Below, one piece after another: positions 24,661 to 31,928 of a stretch of 32,000 nucleotides of DNA (the first letter of the stretch is position 1; each line of letters starts with the position of its first letter). The notes beneath the pieces are model-generated. The model did no database searches. It had not been told where the DNA came from and was given only the letters and a program-made list of their open reading frames with translations. The translations under genes were made by a program, and so were the position numbers. This stretch comes from an archaeon (lineage in GTDB: Archaea > Iainarchaeota > Iainarchaeia > Iainarchaeales > CSSED10-239), in contig JBBABY010000002.1 in assembly GCA_041657425.1 (NCBI GenBank), positions 90,001-122,000 of the forward strand, read 5' to 3'.

Positions 24661-25724
24661 TATTTATTTAAAATTATTTCTAAATGTTTTAAAAATTCTT
24701 TAGTATCTAAAAAATAATTGGGATATGCTTTTTTAAGATCTTGCATATTGTCAGCACTAACTAATACAACGTCATATTCGTTTCTATTATATATTTTCTT
24801 TTCTGCAGAAGAATATGCTAGGAGTGCTTCTTTTTCTTCTCTTTTAGTGAATGCAGAAATATTTAGTCTTTCAAGAACTGTATCTAATTCTAAAAGATAA
24901 AATTGTATGTTTTTCTTTTTTTTAAAATTATCAAAGTATTTTACAGATTCAGTCCAGTGCTTCATTTTCTGTTTTACTTGTAACTTTTTTTCTAGTTCTT
25001 TAATTTGTAAATAAAGTTCTTTTTCATTCTGAGGTGTTTGAGAAATTATCGGAGTATTTTCTAGTCTTGCAAATGCGGAACTTACTAATTTAAAAAAAGC
25101 TTTCCAGTTTTCCTCTCCTTGATTAGATTTTATGGCTTGTCTTGTAAAAAAATCAACAGTTTCTACTGCTGTTGCCCAAAGGTGTTGTAATTTAGATCTT
25201 ATTTGCACTTCTACTAATAGACCATTATATTCTTTTTTTCCTTTATCGCTACTATATCTATATACTAAATGTATACTTCTATATCCATCTAATTTAGGGC
25301 TTGAAATATAATCTTTTACATTTACTTTTTTATGCTTTATATCCCCGTTATAATAATAGGTTTCATATAATTCTCTCACTTGTTTAATGTCCGACATCAC
25401 AACTCTACAACCAGCAATATCTTGCATTTGAGTTAATTTCATTGTAGGACAATTATCATTATATTTTCTATTTAGTTTTTTAAATATCGAAGAAATTCTT
25501 TTTAATCTTTGAGCAGAGAGTGCATTTTTGTCTATTTTTTCAGAAACTCTTTTTAATCTATTTTTAAATACTTGTAAGGGATAGTTATGCATTGTCTTCC
25601 AGCTATTCACAATTTCTAATGCTTCATCTATTTCTGCTGCAGAATGCTCTTTATTATCAGATAGAATTATAGCTGAATTATTTATTTTTGATTTTGAGAT
25701 TTCGTTAATATCTAGTTGCTCCAT
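24657..25724 (-). CDS. RelA/SpoT (RSH) synthetase-domain protein, small-alarmone-synthetase / toxSAS-like, with an uncharacterised ~150-aa C-terminal domain
   Basis: The catalytic-domain blocks appear in order: SAQRLKRISSIFKKLNRK (RxKxxxSxxxK), MQDIAGCRVV (DxxGxRV), LDGYRSIHLVY (GYRSxH) and LVEVQIRSKLQHLWATAVE (ExQIR(T/S)..QH.WA). There is no HD hydrolase, TGS or ACT domain. The C-terminal region (QFYLLELD...YDVVLVSADNMQDLKKAYPNYF) matches nothing I can identify. Confidence 0.85.
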   Translation of the reverse strand: MEQLDINEISKSKINNSAIILSDNKEHSAAEIDEALEIVNSWKTMHNYPLQVFKNRLKRVSEKIDKNALSAQRLKRISSIFKKLNRKYNDNCPTMKLTQMQDIAGCRVVMSDIKQVRELYETYYYNGDIKHKKVNVKDYISSPKLDGYRSIHLVYRYSSDKGKKEYNGLLVEVQIRSKLQHLWATAVETVDFFTRQAIKSNQGEENWKAFFKLVSSAFARLENTPIISQTPQNEKELYLQIKELEKKLQVKQKMKHWTESVKYFDNFKKKKNIQFYLLELDTVLERLNISAFTKREEKEALLAYSSAEKKIYNRNEYDVVLVSADNMQDLKKAYPNYFLDTKEFLKHLEIILNKY

Positions 25725-25746
25725 AATAATATATTATTGCATAACC

Positions 25747-25759
25747 TTTTTAAATATAT
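25747..25759 (-). promoter_or_regulatory. TATA box (minus strand ATATATTTAAAAA) for the RelA/SpoT-domain gene; leaderless geometry
   Basis: Exactly 22 nt separate the box from the ATG at 25724. The same spacing is seen at both TrmB genes. The first AAATTGCGCG motif abuts the box on its upstream (BRE) side. Confidence 0.45.
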
Positions 25760-25800
25760 CAAATTGCGCGGTTATCGTGTAAAAAAAGTGTCAAATTGCA
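25759..25800. repeat. Composite repeat unit 1: tcaaattgcgcg - 10 nt - A7 - gtg - tcaaattgca
   Basis: The motifs sit at 25759-25770 and 25791-25800, 32 bp apart start to start. The GCGCG core is conspicuous against the AT-rich background. Confidence 0.7.
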
Positions 25801-25899
25801 AGGAGAATTAAAAAAATCTAATTTTCCTACTAACCTTTATATTTAAAGCATTACCAAACACAAGTACAAAAATCATTTTTAATTATTAAAAAATTTATG

Positions 25900-25943
25900 T
25901 CAAATTGCGCGTGCACTCCAAAAAAAAAATGCTGAATTGCGCA
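25900..25943. repeat. Composite repeat unit 2: tcaaattgcgcg - 8 nt - A10 - tg - ctgaattgcgca
   Basis: The motifs sit at 25900-25911 and 25932-25943, again 32 bp apart. The layout matches unit 1, including the internal A-run. Confidence 0.7.
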
Positions 25944-25964
25944 GACCCTAATTATCAACATTTA

Positions 25965-26837
25965 CTATTCCAACTGCGTTCTACCATAGAATCCTTTTGG
26001 GAAGTAGATTAAGATTATCAAAAGCAAAAGAGCAAAAAGAATCTGTCTTCCTGGACCAACAATTGATGAAGGAAGACCAACAAATCTTAAAATTTCTGGA
26101 ATAAGTGTAAGAATGATTGTAGCTACTACTGTTCCTTCAATGGAAGCAAGTCCTCCAACAATAATTATTGAGATAACTGGGATAAGTGCCATGAAAGTAA
26201 AAGAAGAAGGGTCAATGAAAGTTATGAAGTGAACAAACAACGAACCTGCGATACCAGCAAAGACTGCAGAGATGATAAGCCCAATTGTTTTAATCTTAAA
26301 TGTATTTTTTCCAAGAGCCTTAACACAGTATTCATCATCTCTTGTTGCTTCAAGTAGTTTACCAAACTTAGAGTTTACTATTCTTTGAATAATAAAGTAA
26401 CAAGCAACAGTAACTATTACTGTAAATATTAGATAAGAAAGATTACTACGAAAAACTAAACCAAAGATGTCTGGTTTTGGTATTCCTGAAATCCCAAATG
26501 GCCCTCTTGTTAAGTCTATCCAGTTGATAAGAAGAGCATAGACAAGAAACGAAAACGCCATTGTCCCTAAGGCAAGATAATCTCCTTTAAGTTTATTTGT
26601 TGGTACTGAAAGGATTAGTGCTGCAACTCCTGCTATTATTCCTGCTAAGAGAAACGCAAGAAGGAAAGGGACACCATTCATCACAAGTATTGCTGAAGTG
26701 TAAGCTCCGATTCCAAAGAAAGCAATGTGACCAAAGTTAAGTAGTCCTGTGTAACCAATAGAAACTTGTAAAGCTAAACAAAGTATTAACTGTATTGCAA
26801 TAATAATTAACAAATGTATAAAATAATCAATAATCAT
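25965..26837 (-). CDS. livM: Branched-chain amino acid-type ABC transporter permease (LivM family)
   Basis: This is a polytopic permease with family-typical blocks: GYTGLLNFGHIAFFGIGAY, EATRDDEYCVKALGKN and GGLASIEGTVV. Its start overlaps the livH stop (ATGA at 26834-26837). Confidence 0.85.
   Translation of the reverse strand: MIIDYFIHLLIIIAIQLILCLALQVSIGYTGLLNFGHIAFFGIGAYTSAILVMNGVPFLLAFLLAGIIAGVAALILSVPTNKLKGDYLALGTMAFSFLVYALLINWIDLTRGPFGISGIPKPDIFGLVFRSNLSYLIFTVIVTVACYFIIQRIVNSKFGKLLEATRDDEYCVKALGKNTFKIKTIGLIISAVFAGIAGSLFVHFITFIDPSSFTFMALIPVISIIIVGGLASIEGTVVATIILTLIPEILRFVGLPSSIVGPGRQILFALLLLIILIYFPKGFYGRTQLE
25978..26009. repeat. Right copy of the exact 32-bp direct repeat (inside the functional 3' end of livM)
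   Basis: It is identical to 24626-24657. Confidence 0.95.
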
Positions 26838-27709
26838 TTATTATTCCACCCTTTGTTTTTTCCTAAGATTCCATTAGGCATAAATAATAAAAATATAAAT
26901 AATAACATAAATGCAATTGCATCTTTGTAACTAGATGGCAAGAACCATATTCCATAATTTTCTGTAATCCCTAAGAGAAACGAACCAATGATTGCTCCAG
27001 GAACAGAAGTTATCCCGCCAATGACTGCTCCAGTAAATCCTTTAATCATTAAATTACTTCCCATTGTTGGTTCAACATTTAGTTCTAGAGCAACTAGTAC
27101 TCCTGCAACTGCTGCTAATACTGAACCAATAATGAAACTATATGCAAATAATTTCTTTGAAGAAATTCCCATCATTTCAATTAACTCTGGAGAATCAGCA
27201 ACTGCTCTAAATTCTTTTCCTAGTTTTGTTTTTTTCATGAAAAGTAATAGTCCAACTAACAAGGCAATAGAAGTTCCAATAATTATTAACTGAACAGGAG
27301 TGATTATTGCTCCCAGGAAATTAATACCATGTCTTTGGAAAGATTGTATAATTTTAACATCTGCTCCAAAGAAGATTAAGATTAATGATTCAATTAAAAT
27401 TAACAAAGCAATACTTGCAATCAAGAGGATTGTTGGCGATGCCTTTCTGCTTCTTAGTTTATCATAAACTAGATAATTGATTAAAAAACCAAATCCACCG
27501 GCCACTATAAGAGTAACAATTATTGCAAGCCACAATGGTAAACCTAAAAGATTAAAAAAAGTAAATAACATATAACTAGAAACAACAATTACTGCTCCAT
27601 GAGCAAAATGAACAAATTTGTTTGTAGAATAGATTAAAGAAAAACCACAAGCAACAAGAGCATATATTGCTCCAGCAATGAGTCCATTGATTAATAATTG
27701 TAAAAACAT
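26834..27709 (-). CDS. livH: Branched-chain amino acid-type ABC transporter permease (LivH family)
   Basis: Family-typical blocks are LINGLIAGAIYALVACGFSLIY, NFAHGAVI, RAVADSPELIEMMGI and KGFTGAVIGGITSVPGAIIGSFLLG. Confidence 0.85.
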   Translation of the reverse strand: MFLQLLINGLIAGAIYALVACGFSLIYSTNKFVHFAHGAVIVVSSYMLFTFFNLLGLPLWLAIIVTLIVAGGFGFLINYLVYDKLRSRKASPTILLIASIALLILIESLILIFFGADVKIIQSFQRHGINFLGAIITPVQLIIIGTSIALLVGLLLFMKKTKLGKEFRAVADSPELIEMMGISSKKLFAYSFIIGSVLAAVAGVLVALELNVEPTMGSNLMIKGFTGAVIGGITSVPGAIIGSFLLGITENYGIWFLPSSYKDAIAFMLLFIFLLFMPNGILGKNKGWNNK

Positions 27710-27782
27710 TTGTTTTCTCTTCTTTCTTTAATCATCTTAATTTGATTAAAATATATATTAGAAAAAGATATATAAATGCTTG

Positions 27783-27815
27783 GAAAAAGAAAAAAGAAGA
27801 GCAAGGATTTGCTCT
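27783..27815 (-). terminator. Hairpin plus T-run between the binding-protein gene and livH (possible attenuating terminator)
   Basis: The minus strand reads AGAGCAA-atcc-TTGCTCT (7-bp stem, 27798-27815), followed by TCTTTTTTCTTTTTCC. It begins 8 nt after the binding-protein gene's stop codon. Confidence 0.4.
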
Positions 27816-27823
27816 CTAAAAAT

Positions 27824-28969
27824 TTAGTTGTTTATGTATTTTATATTTCCATTTTCTATAGTTGCTTGAACTAATGGGAAACTAAACTCTCTTCCATTAA
27901 TACTTGCGTCTCCATTGATTCCATTAAACTCTGTAATCTCTGAAAGCCCATCTTTTATTTCTGCTTTTGTATAGTTTGATTTTCCTATTGATTTTTTTAT
28001 AAGATAAACTATATCATATCCTGTTGTAGCATAATGGTCTGCATCTTTATTGTATTTTGCTTTAAATTGTGTTTTAAAGTCTTCAGCTTTTGAGTCATCA
28101 TTTCTATATAATTCAGGAATTCCTGCATATGCTTTAACATTCATTTCATTTAATGCAGATCTAACATCCTTAAATGCTGCTGTTGATGGAATGAAAACTG
28201 CTACATTCATATCAAGTTCTTTACTTTGTTTTATTGAATTAATTATGTGACTACTAAAACCAACAAATAATATTGCATCTACATCTTGATATTTTAATTT
28301 ATTTAATTGAGTTCTAAAATCACTTGTAGATATTAAAAATGATTCGCCTACAACTTCTCCATTGTATTGTTCCTTTAATGTATTAAACATTGAAACTCCA
28401 AAATCATCATTTAAATATAAAACTCCTATTTTTTTTACACCTAAATCATTTGCGGCTTCTACAATTGGAGGAACTTCTTGTTTTGCTGTTGGAAAATATC
28501 TAAATGACCATTCATTTGTTGTTAAGTTTGGAACTGAAGCAATTGTTGCTATTACTGGTACTTGGTTTTGTTCTGCTAAAGGAACTACTGCCATTGCAAC
28601 AGAACTCATTGCTGAAACAATAACTACTGGATCTTGAAGATTTGTCATATTATTGAAAGCTGCAACTCCTTCTTGAACATTTGATTTACTATCGCCTAGT
28701 ACTAAGACAACTTGTCTTCCGTTTATTCCACCTTTGGCATTAATTTCATCAACTGCCATAATCATGCCGTCTCTTATTTGTTCACCTGCAAAAGCTGTTG
28801 AACCTGTAAGTGGTAAAACTGCACCCATCTTTATAATTTGTTCTTCTGGGGTCTTTAATACTAACAATCCTGTTATATTTGAATTAGATCCTATTATTGC
28901 AACTAATAAAATTATAACTATTATTGCAATTGAAACTATTAACCAAATTTTATTTTTCATCGTTTTCAT
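27824..28969 (-). CDS. LivK-like (Peripla_BP_6) ABC substrate-binding protein, membrane-anchored
   Basis: It has an N-terminal TM anchor, followed by GAVLPLTGSTAFAGEQIRDGMIMAVDEINAKGGINGRQVVLVLGDSKSN, which is typical of Leu/Ile/Val-binding-protein family members. An AAGGAG lies 5 nt upstream of the ATG. Confidence 0.85.
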   Translation of the reverse strand: MKTMKNKIWLIVSIAIIVIILLVAIIGSNSNITGLLVLKTPEEQIIKMGAVLPLTGSTAFAGEQIRDGMIMAVDEINAKGGINGRQVVLVLGDSKSNVQEGVAAFNNMTNLQDPVVIVSAMSSVAMAVVPLAEQNQVPVIATIASVPNLTTNEWSFRYFPTAKQEVPPIVEAANDLGVKKIGVLYLNDDFGVSMFNTLKEQYNGEVVGESFLISTSDFRTQLNKLKYQDVDAILFVGFSSHIINSIKQSKELDMNVAVFIPSTAAFKDVRSALNEMNVKAYAGIPELYRNDDSKAEDFKTQFKAKYNKDADHYATTGYDIVYLIKKSIGKSNYTKAEIKDGLSEITEFNGINGDASINGREFSFPLVQATIENGNIKYINN

Positions 28970-29036
28970 AAAAATCTCCTTTTTATTTTTTAACTGTGTA
29001 TAATTAACTTATGACTTTTCGGGTTATTATATTTGT

Positions 29037-29054
29037 GTAGTAAAAATTTACTAC
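29037..29054. promoter_or_regulatory. Palindromic operator candidate GTAGTAAA-aa-TTTACTAC in the divergent binding-protein/TrmB intergenic region
   Basis: The inverted arms are a perfect 8 nt. The palindrome lies immediately upstream of the TrmB gene's TATA box and is conserved in the paralogous intergenic region (31068-31086). Confidence 0.55.
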
Positions 29055-29055
29055 A

Positions 29056-29064
29056 TTTTTAAAG
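29056..29064 (+). promoter_or_regulatory. TATA box (TTTTTAAAG) of TrmB paralogue 1, leaderless geometry
   Basis: It lies 22 nt upstream of the ATG at 29086. An identical sequence occurs with identical spacing at the second TrmB gene. Confidence 0.5.
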
Positions 29065-29085
29065 CTTTCTATATACTATATATTT

Positions 29086-29862
29086 ATGGAAAACATAGAA
29101 ACTAAGGGGATAACCACTTCAAACATAACTGCTAGTTACTTTGAAGATATTGGCTTTAAAAAAAAGTACGCTAATGTTTACTTAGCTCTTCTTAAGTTTG
29201 GGCATATGGGCATACCTGACATTGTTAAAAAAACTGGAGTTCAAAGAAGTTATCTTTACGACATTCTTGATGAATTGATTGAAAAAGGAATTGTTGGAAG
29301 TTATGTAAAAAATAACACTAAAATATTTTTTGCTGATGATCCAGAAAAAGTTCTAAAGATAATTAATAAGAAAGAAGAAAATATTAAGAATTTTAAAAAA
29401 GAATACACTGACATTCTTCCAACGTTAATTTCAATTAGTAGTAAAAATGAAAAAGATGAATTATTTTCATATGAAGGAAAAAAAGGAATTAAAAATATCT
29501 ATGATGACATTTTAAAAGAAGGGAAAGACTTTGTTTGTTTTGCAGGAACTGGATTTCCTGACGATTTTTACAAAGACTTTGTAAAAACATTTAATATTAG
29601 ATGTAAGAAAAAAGGAATTAAATACAAACTAATATTTTCGGACGCACTTAAATCTCGCGGTCCATTAGAAGTACACAAAGATGTTTGTGAAATTAAATAT
29701 TTACCAAAAGAATATAATTATTCTTTTGCTATGCATGTTTATGGAGACAAAGTTTCAATCATTATTTGGCAATCACAAATGGGTATTGTAATAAAAAGTA
29801 AAAATGCTGCAAACGGATTTGCGGATTACTTTGAAATGATATGGAAGATTGCTAAAGAATAA
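29086..29862 (+). CDS. TrmB-family transcriptional regulator (paralogue 1)
   Basis: The N-terminal winged helix is TrmB-type: FEDIGFKKKYANVYLALLKFGHMGIPDIVKKTGVQRSYLYDILDELIEKGIV. A coiled linker and a C-terminal effector-like domain follow. Confidence 0.8.
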   Translation: MENIETKGITTSNITASYFEDIGFKKKYANVYLALLKFGHMGIPDIVKKTGVQRSYLYDILDELIEKGIVGSYVKNNTKIFFADDPEKVLKIINKKEENIKNFKKEYTDILPTLISISSKNEKDELFSYEGKKGIKNIYDDILKEGKDFVCFAGTGFPDDFYKDFVKTFNIRCKKKGIKYKLIFSDALKSRGPLEVHKDVCEIKYLPKEYNYSFAMHVYGDKVSIIIWQSQMGIVIKSKNAANGFADYFEMIWKIAKE

Positions 29863-29868
29863 AAAAGA

Positions 29869-29894
29869 AAAGATATCTTCTCTAAGATATCTTT
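29869..29894. terminator. 9-bp-stem hairpin at the convergent gene ends (possible bidirectional terminator)
   Basis: The sequence is aaagatatc-ttctctaa-gatatcttt. The right arm overlaps the last codons of the minus-strand binding-protein gene. A/T runs flank it. Confidence 0.35.
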
Positions 29895-30997
29895 AATGAT
29901 ACTGCTTCTCCATTTTCAATAATGAAGTAATCTACTTGTGGATTTATTGCTCTTCCAATTGAAGAGTTATAATTTATTACTGTACCTGTTGCTTGATCAT
30001 TTAACATTGCATCAGTAATACATACTTTATCTGCCTTTCCACATTTCTTTACTGCAGAATATAATTTAAATATTCCATCATAATCTGTTGGAGCATTTCC
30101 AGTTATTCCTGTTGTGTTACCATATTCTACATTGTAATCGCTTGTAAATGTGTCAGAATATTTTAATACACTAATAACTGTTCCATTTAAATTTTCTGTA
30201 CCAATTGTAGTTTTAATTTTGTCTGTAAATGTGTTTGATGCATCTCCAAATAACACTAAGTTATTTAACTCAAGATCTAACTTTGCAGTATATACTCCAA
30301 TTGTTGTACCTTCATAAGCACATGAAAATAATCCATAATATCCTTCATTGCTTAACTTAAGTAATACTGTTTTTAGGTCTTGTACCCCTACTAAACTTTC
30401 AACTTTTATATTTTCTTGTGTGTAATAATTTAATGCACCTTTTTGACAATCAATTGGCATAGCCCCACCAACACCATCAAGTATTGCAATCTTTTCAATT
30501 CCTTGTGATTTTGCAATTTTTGCAAATGTTGTACATTCTGCTTCTGCATTTCTATATGTTTTTACTGAGTAATCATATTTTGTTAATGGATCTGTTGTGT
30601 ACGCACTATACAATACAAACATATTGTTATCTTTAGCAATTGGAACAACTGCACCTGATGGGCCAGTAAATTCTACAAATATTACATCAACATTATCTAT
30701 TTGTACTAACTTGTTTGCTGCAACTGCAGCTTCTTTTGCATCTGATTTTGAATCTTCAACTATTACTTGTATTGAATCATCACCATACATTTCTTTTATT
30801 TTCTTTTCTGCTAACAATACTGCTCTTGAATCTGGCACTCCAAGATAACTTGTTGTTCCAGTTATTCCTGTAATAAAACCTATCTTTACTGTTTGTGGTT
30901 CTGATTTTTTAGTTGCTTGAATTGCAACAACAACTATTAAGGCAATAACTGCAATTGCTACAATAATTAAAATCCAATTTTTATTTTCTGTTTTCAT
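29882..30997 (-). CDS. LivK-like (Peripla_BP_6) ABC substrate-binding protein, paralogue 2, membrane-anchored
   Basis: It has a TM anchor, followed by KIGFITGITGTTSYLGVPDSRAVLLAEKKI...VEDSKSDAKEAAVAANKLV. I set the start at Met8 (30997) because a GGAGG lies 9 nt upstream. The ORF-track start is 31018. Confidence 0.8.
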   Translation of the reverse strand: MKTENKNWILIIVAIAVIALIVVVAIQATKKSEPQTVKIGFITGITGTTSYLGVPDSRAVLLAEKKIKEMYGDDSIQVIVEDSKSDAKEAAVAANKLVQIDNVDVIFVEFTGPSGAVVPIAKDNNMFVLYSAYTTDPLTKYDYSVKTYRNAEAECTTFAKIAKSQGIEKIAILDGVGGAMPIDCQKGALNYYTQENIKVESLVGVQDLKTVLLKLSNEGYYGLFSCAYEGTTIGVYTAKLDLELNNLVLFGDASNTFTDKIKTTIGTENLNGTVISVLKYSDTFTSDYNVEYGNTTGITGNAPTDYDGIFKLYSAVKKCGKADKVCITDAMLNDQATGTVINYNSSIGRAINPQVDYFIIENGEAVSLKIS

Positions 30998-31067
30998 AGT
31001 TTCTTTCCTCCAAATCATTTTATCAAGTTATTAAATAACTTATAATCGTTCTTGCTTATAAGTGAGT

Positions 31068-31086
31068 GTAGTAAATAACTTACTAC
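31068..31086. promoter_or_regulatory. Palindromic operator candidate GTAGTAA-ataac-TTACTAC (paralogous to 29037-29054)
   Basis: The inverted arms are a perfect 7 nt. The flanks match the first copy (gtGTAGTAAA ... CTAC-TTTTTAAAG-n-TTTCT-n-TAT). Confidence 0.55.
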
Positions 31087-31095
31087 TTTTTAAAG
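31087..31095 (+). promoter_or_regulatory. TATA box (TTTTTAAAG) of TrmB paralogue 2
   Basis: It lies 22 nt upstream of the ATG at 31117, the same spacing as in paralogue 1. Confidence 0.5.
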
Positions 31096-31116
31096 ATTTC
31101 TGTATTTATGCTATTT

Positions 31117-31908
31117 ATGAAGGAAAAAACCTCAGAAGTAATGGCGATGCCTGACCTTAATCCAGCAGACTTATTTAGTTACTTTGAAGAAATAGGGTTT
31201 AAGAGAAACCATGCAAACACTTATCTTGCTTTGTTGAAATTTGGACAACTTGGAATGCGCGACATTGTTAAAAAAACAGGAATACAAAGAAGTTATGTTT
31301 ATGATATCTTAGATGAACTAACAGAAAAAGGACTTGTTGGATTTTTTACAAAAAACAAAAATAGAGTTTACTTTGCTGATGATCCAGAAAAGATTTTAGA
31401 ATTAATAAATAATAAAGAAGAAAAAATAAAAAACTTCAAACAAAAATACACAGCATTACTTCCTAGTTTAATTTCAGTAACCAATGTTGAAGGAAAAGAT
31501 GGACTGTATGCTTATGAAGGAAGAAACGGTTTAAAGAATATATTTGAAGACATGATTAAAGAAGGAAAAGATTTTGTTTGTTTTGGAGGAGAAGGAGAAT
31601 TCTCTAAATACTATCCAGAATATGCAAACACTTTTACTTTAAGATGTAAACAAAAAGGAATGGCACAAAAAATTGTTTATTCAAGTTCACTTAGAGGAAA
31701 GAGACCACTTCCAATACAGAAAATAATTAAATGTGAAATTAAGTTTTTACCTAAAGAATATTATTATCCATTTGCAATTTATGTTTATGGAGATAAAACC
31801 GCAATCATTATGTGGCAATCAATGCAAGGAATATTGATCAAAGGAGAAAGCACAGCAAAGGGATTTGAAGACTATTTTGAAATGATATGGAAAATTGCTA
31901 AAGAATAA
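31117..31908 (+). CDS. TrmB-family transcriptional regulator (paralogue 2)
   Basis: It is alignable with paralogue 1 over its full length, for example FEEIGFKRNHANTYLALLKFGQLGMRDIVKKTGIQRSYVYDILDELTEKGLV and an identical C-terminus YFEMIWKIAKE. I chose the start at 31117 from the conserved TATA-to-ATG spacing. The ORF-track start is 31108. Confidence 0.8.
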   Translation: MKEKTSEVMAMPDLNPADLFSYFEEIGFKRNHANTYLALLKFGQLGMRDIVKKTGIQRSYVYDILDELTEKGLVGFFTKNKNRVYFADDPEKILELINNKEEKIKNFKQKYTALLPSLISVTNVEGKDGLYAYEGRNGLKNIFEDMIKEGKDFVCFGGEGEFSKYYPEYANTFTLRCKQKGMAQKIVYSSSLRGKRPLPIQKIIKCEIKFLPKEYYYPFAIYVYGDKTAIIMWQSMQGILIKGESTAKGFEDYFEMIWKIAKE

Positions 31909-31928
31909 ATAAAAAAAGAAAAAAGAAA

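Larger units (their letters stand above)
24613..26009 (-). mobile_element. Putative integrated single-gene cassette (RelA/SpoT-domain gene plus its promoter region), bounded by duplicated livM 3'-end sequence
   Basis: The two 32-bp direct repeats lie 1,352 bp apart (start to start). The repeat is the coding 3' end of livM. The sequence beyond the repeat towards the stop codon differs only synonymously between the copies. No integrase or transposase gene lies inside. Confidence 0.45.

Noticed and set aside
24718-24900. 60-aa plus-strand ORF within the RelA/SpoT-domain gene
   Set aside because: It is an antisense shadow ORF.
24657-25724. Interpreting the RelA/SpoT-domain gene as the housekeeping stringent-response enzyme
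   Set aside because: At 355 aa it has no HD hydrolase, TGS or ACT domain. It sits on a repeat-bounded insert, so a small alarmone synthetase / toxSAS-like accessory protein is the better description.
25897-25935. 12-codon ORF (MSNCACTPKKKC*) spanning repeat unit 2
   Set aside because: It is too short and has no RBS. The Cys codons are simply the TGC/GCG of the repeated motif.
26988-30848. Plus-strand ORFs inside livH and the two binding-protein genes (26988-27293, 28050-28250, 28362-28637, 28734-29003, 30597-30848)
   Set aside because: They are antisense to genes with strong family motifs. Their A/S/T/I-rich composition mirrors the sense strand.
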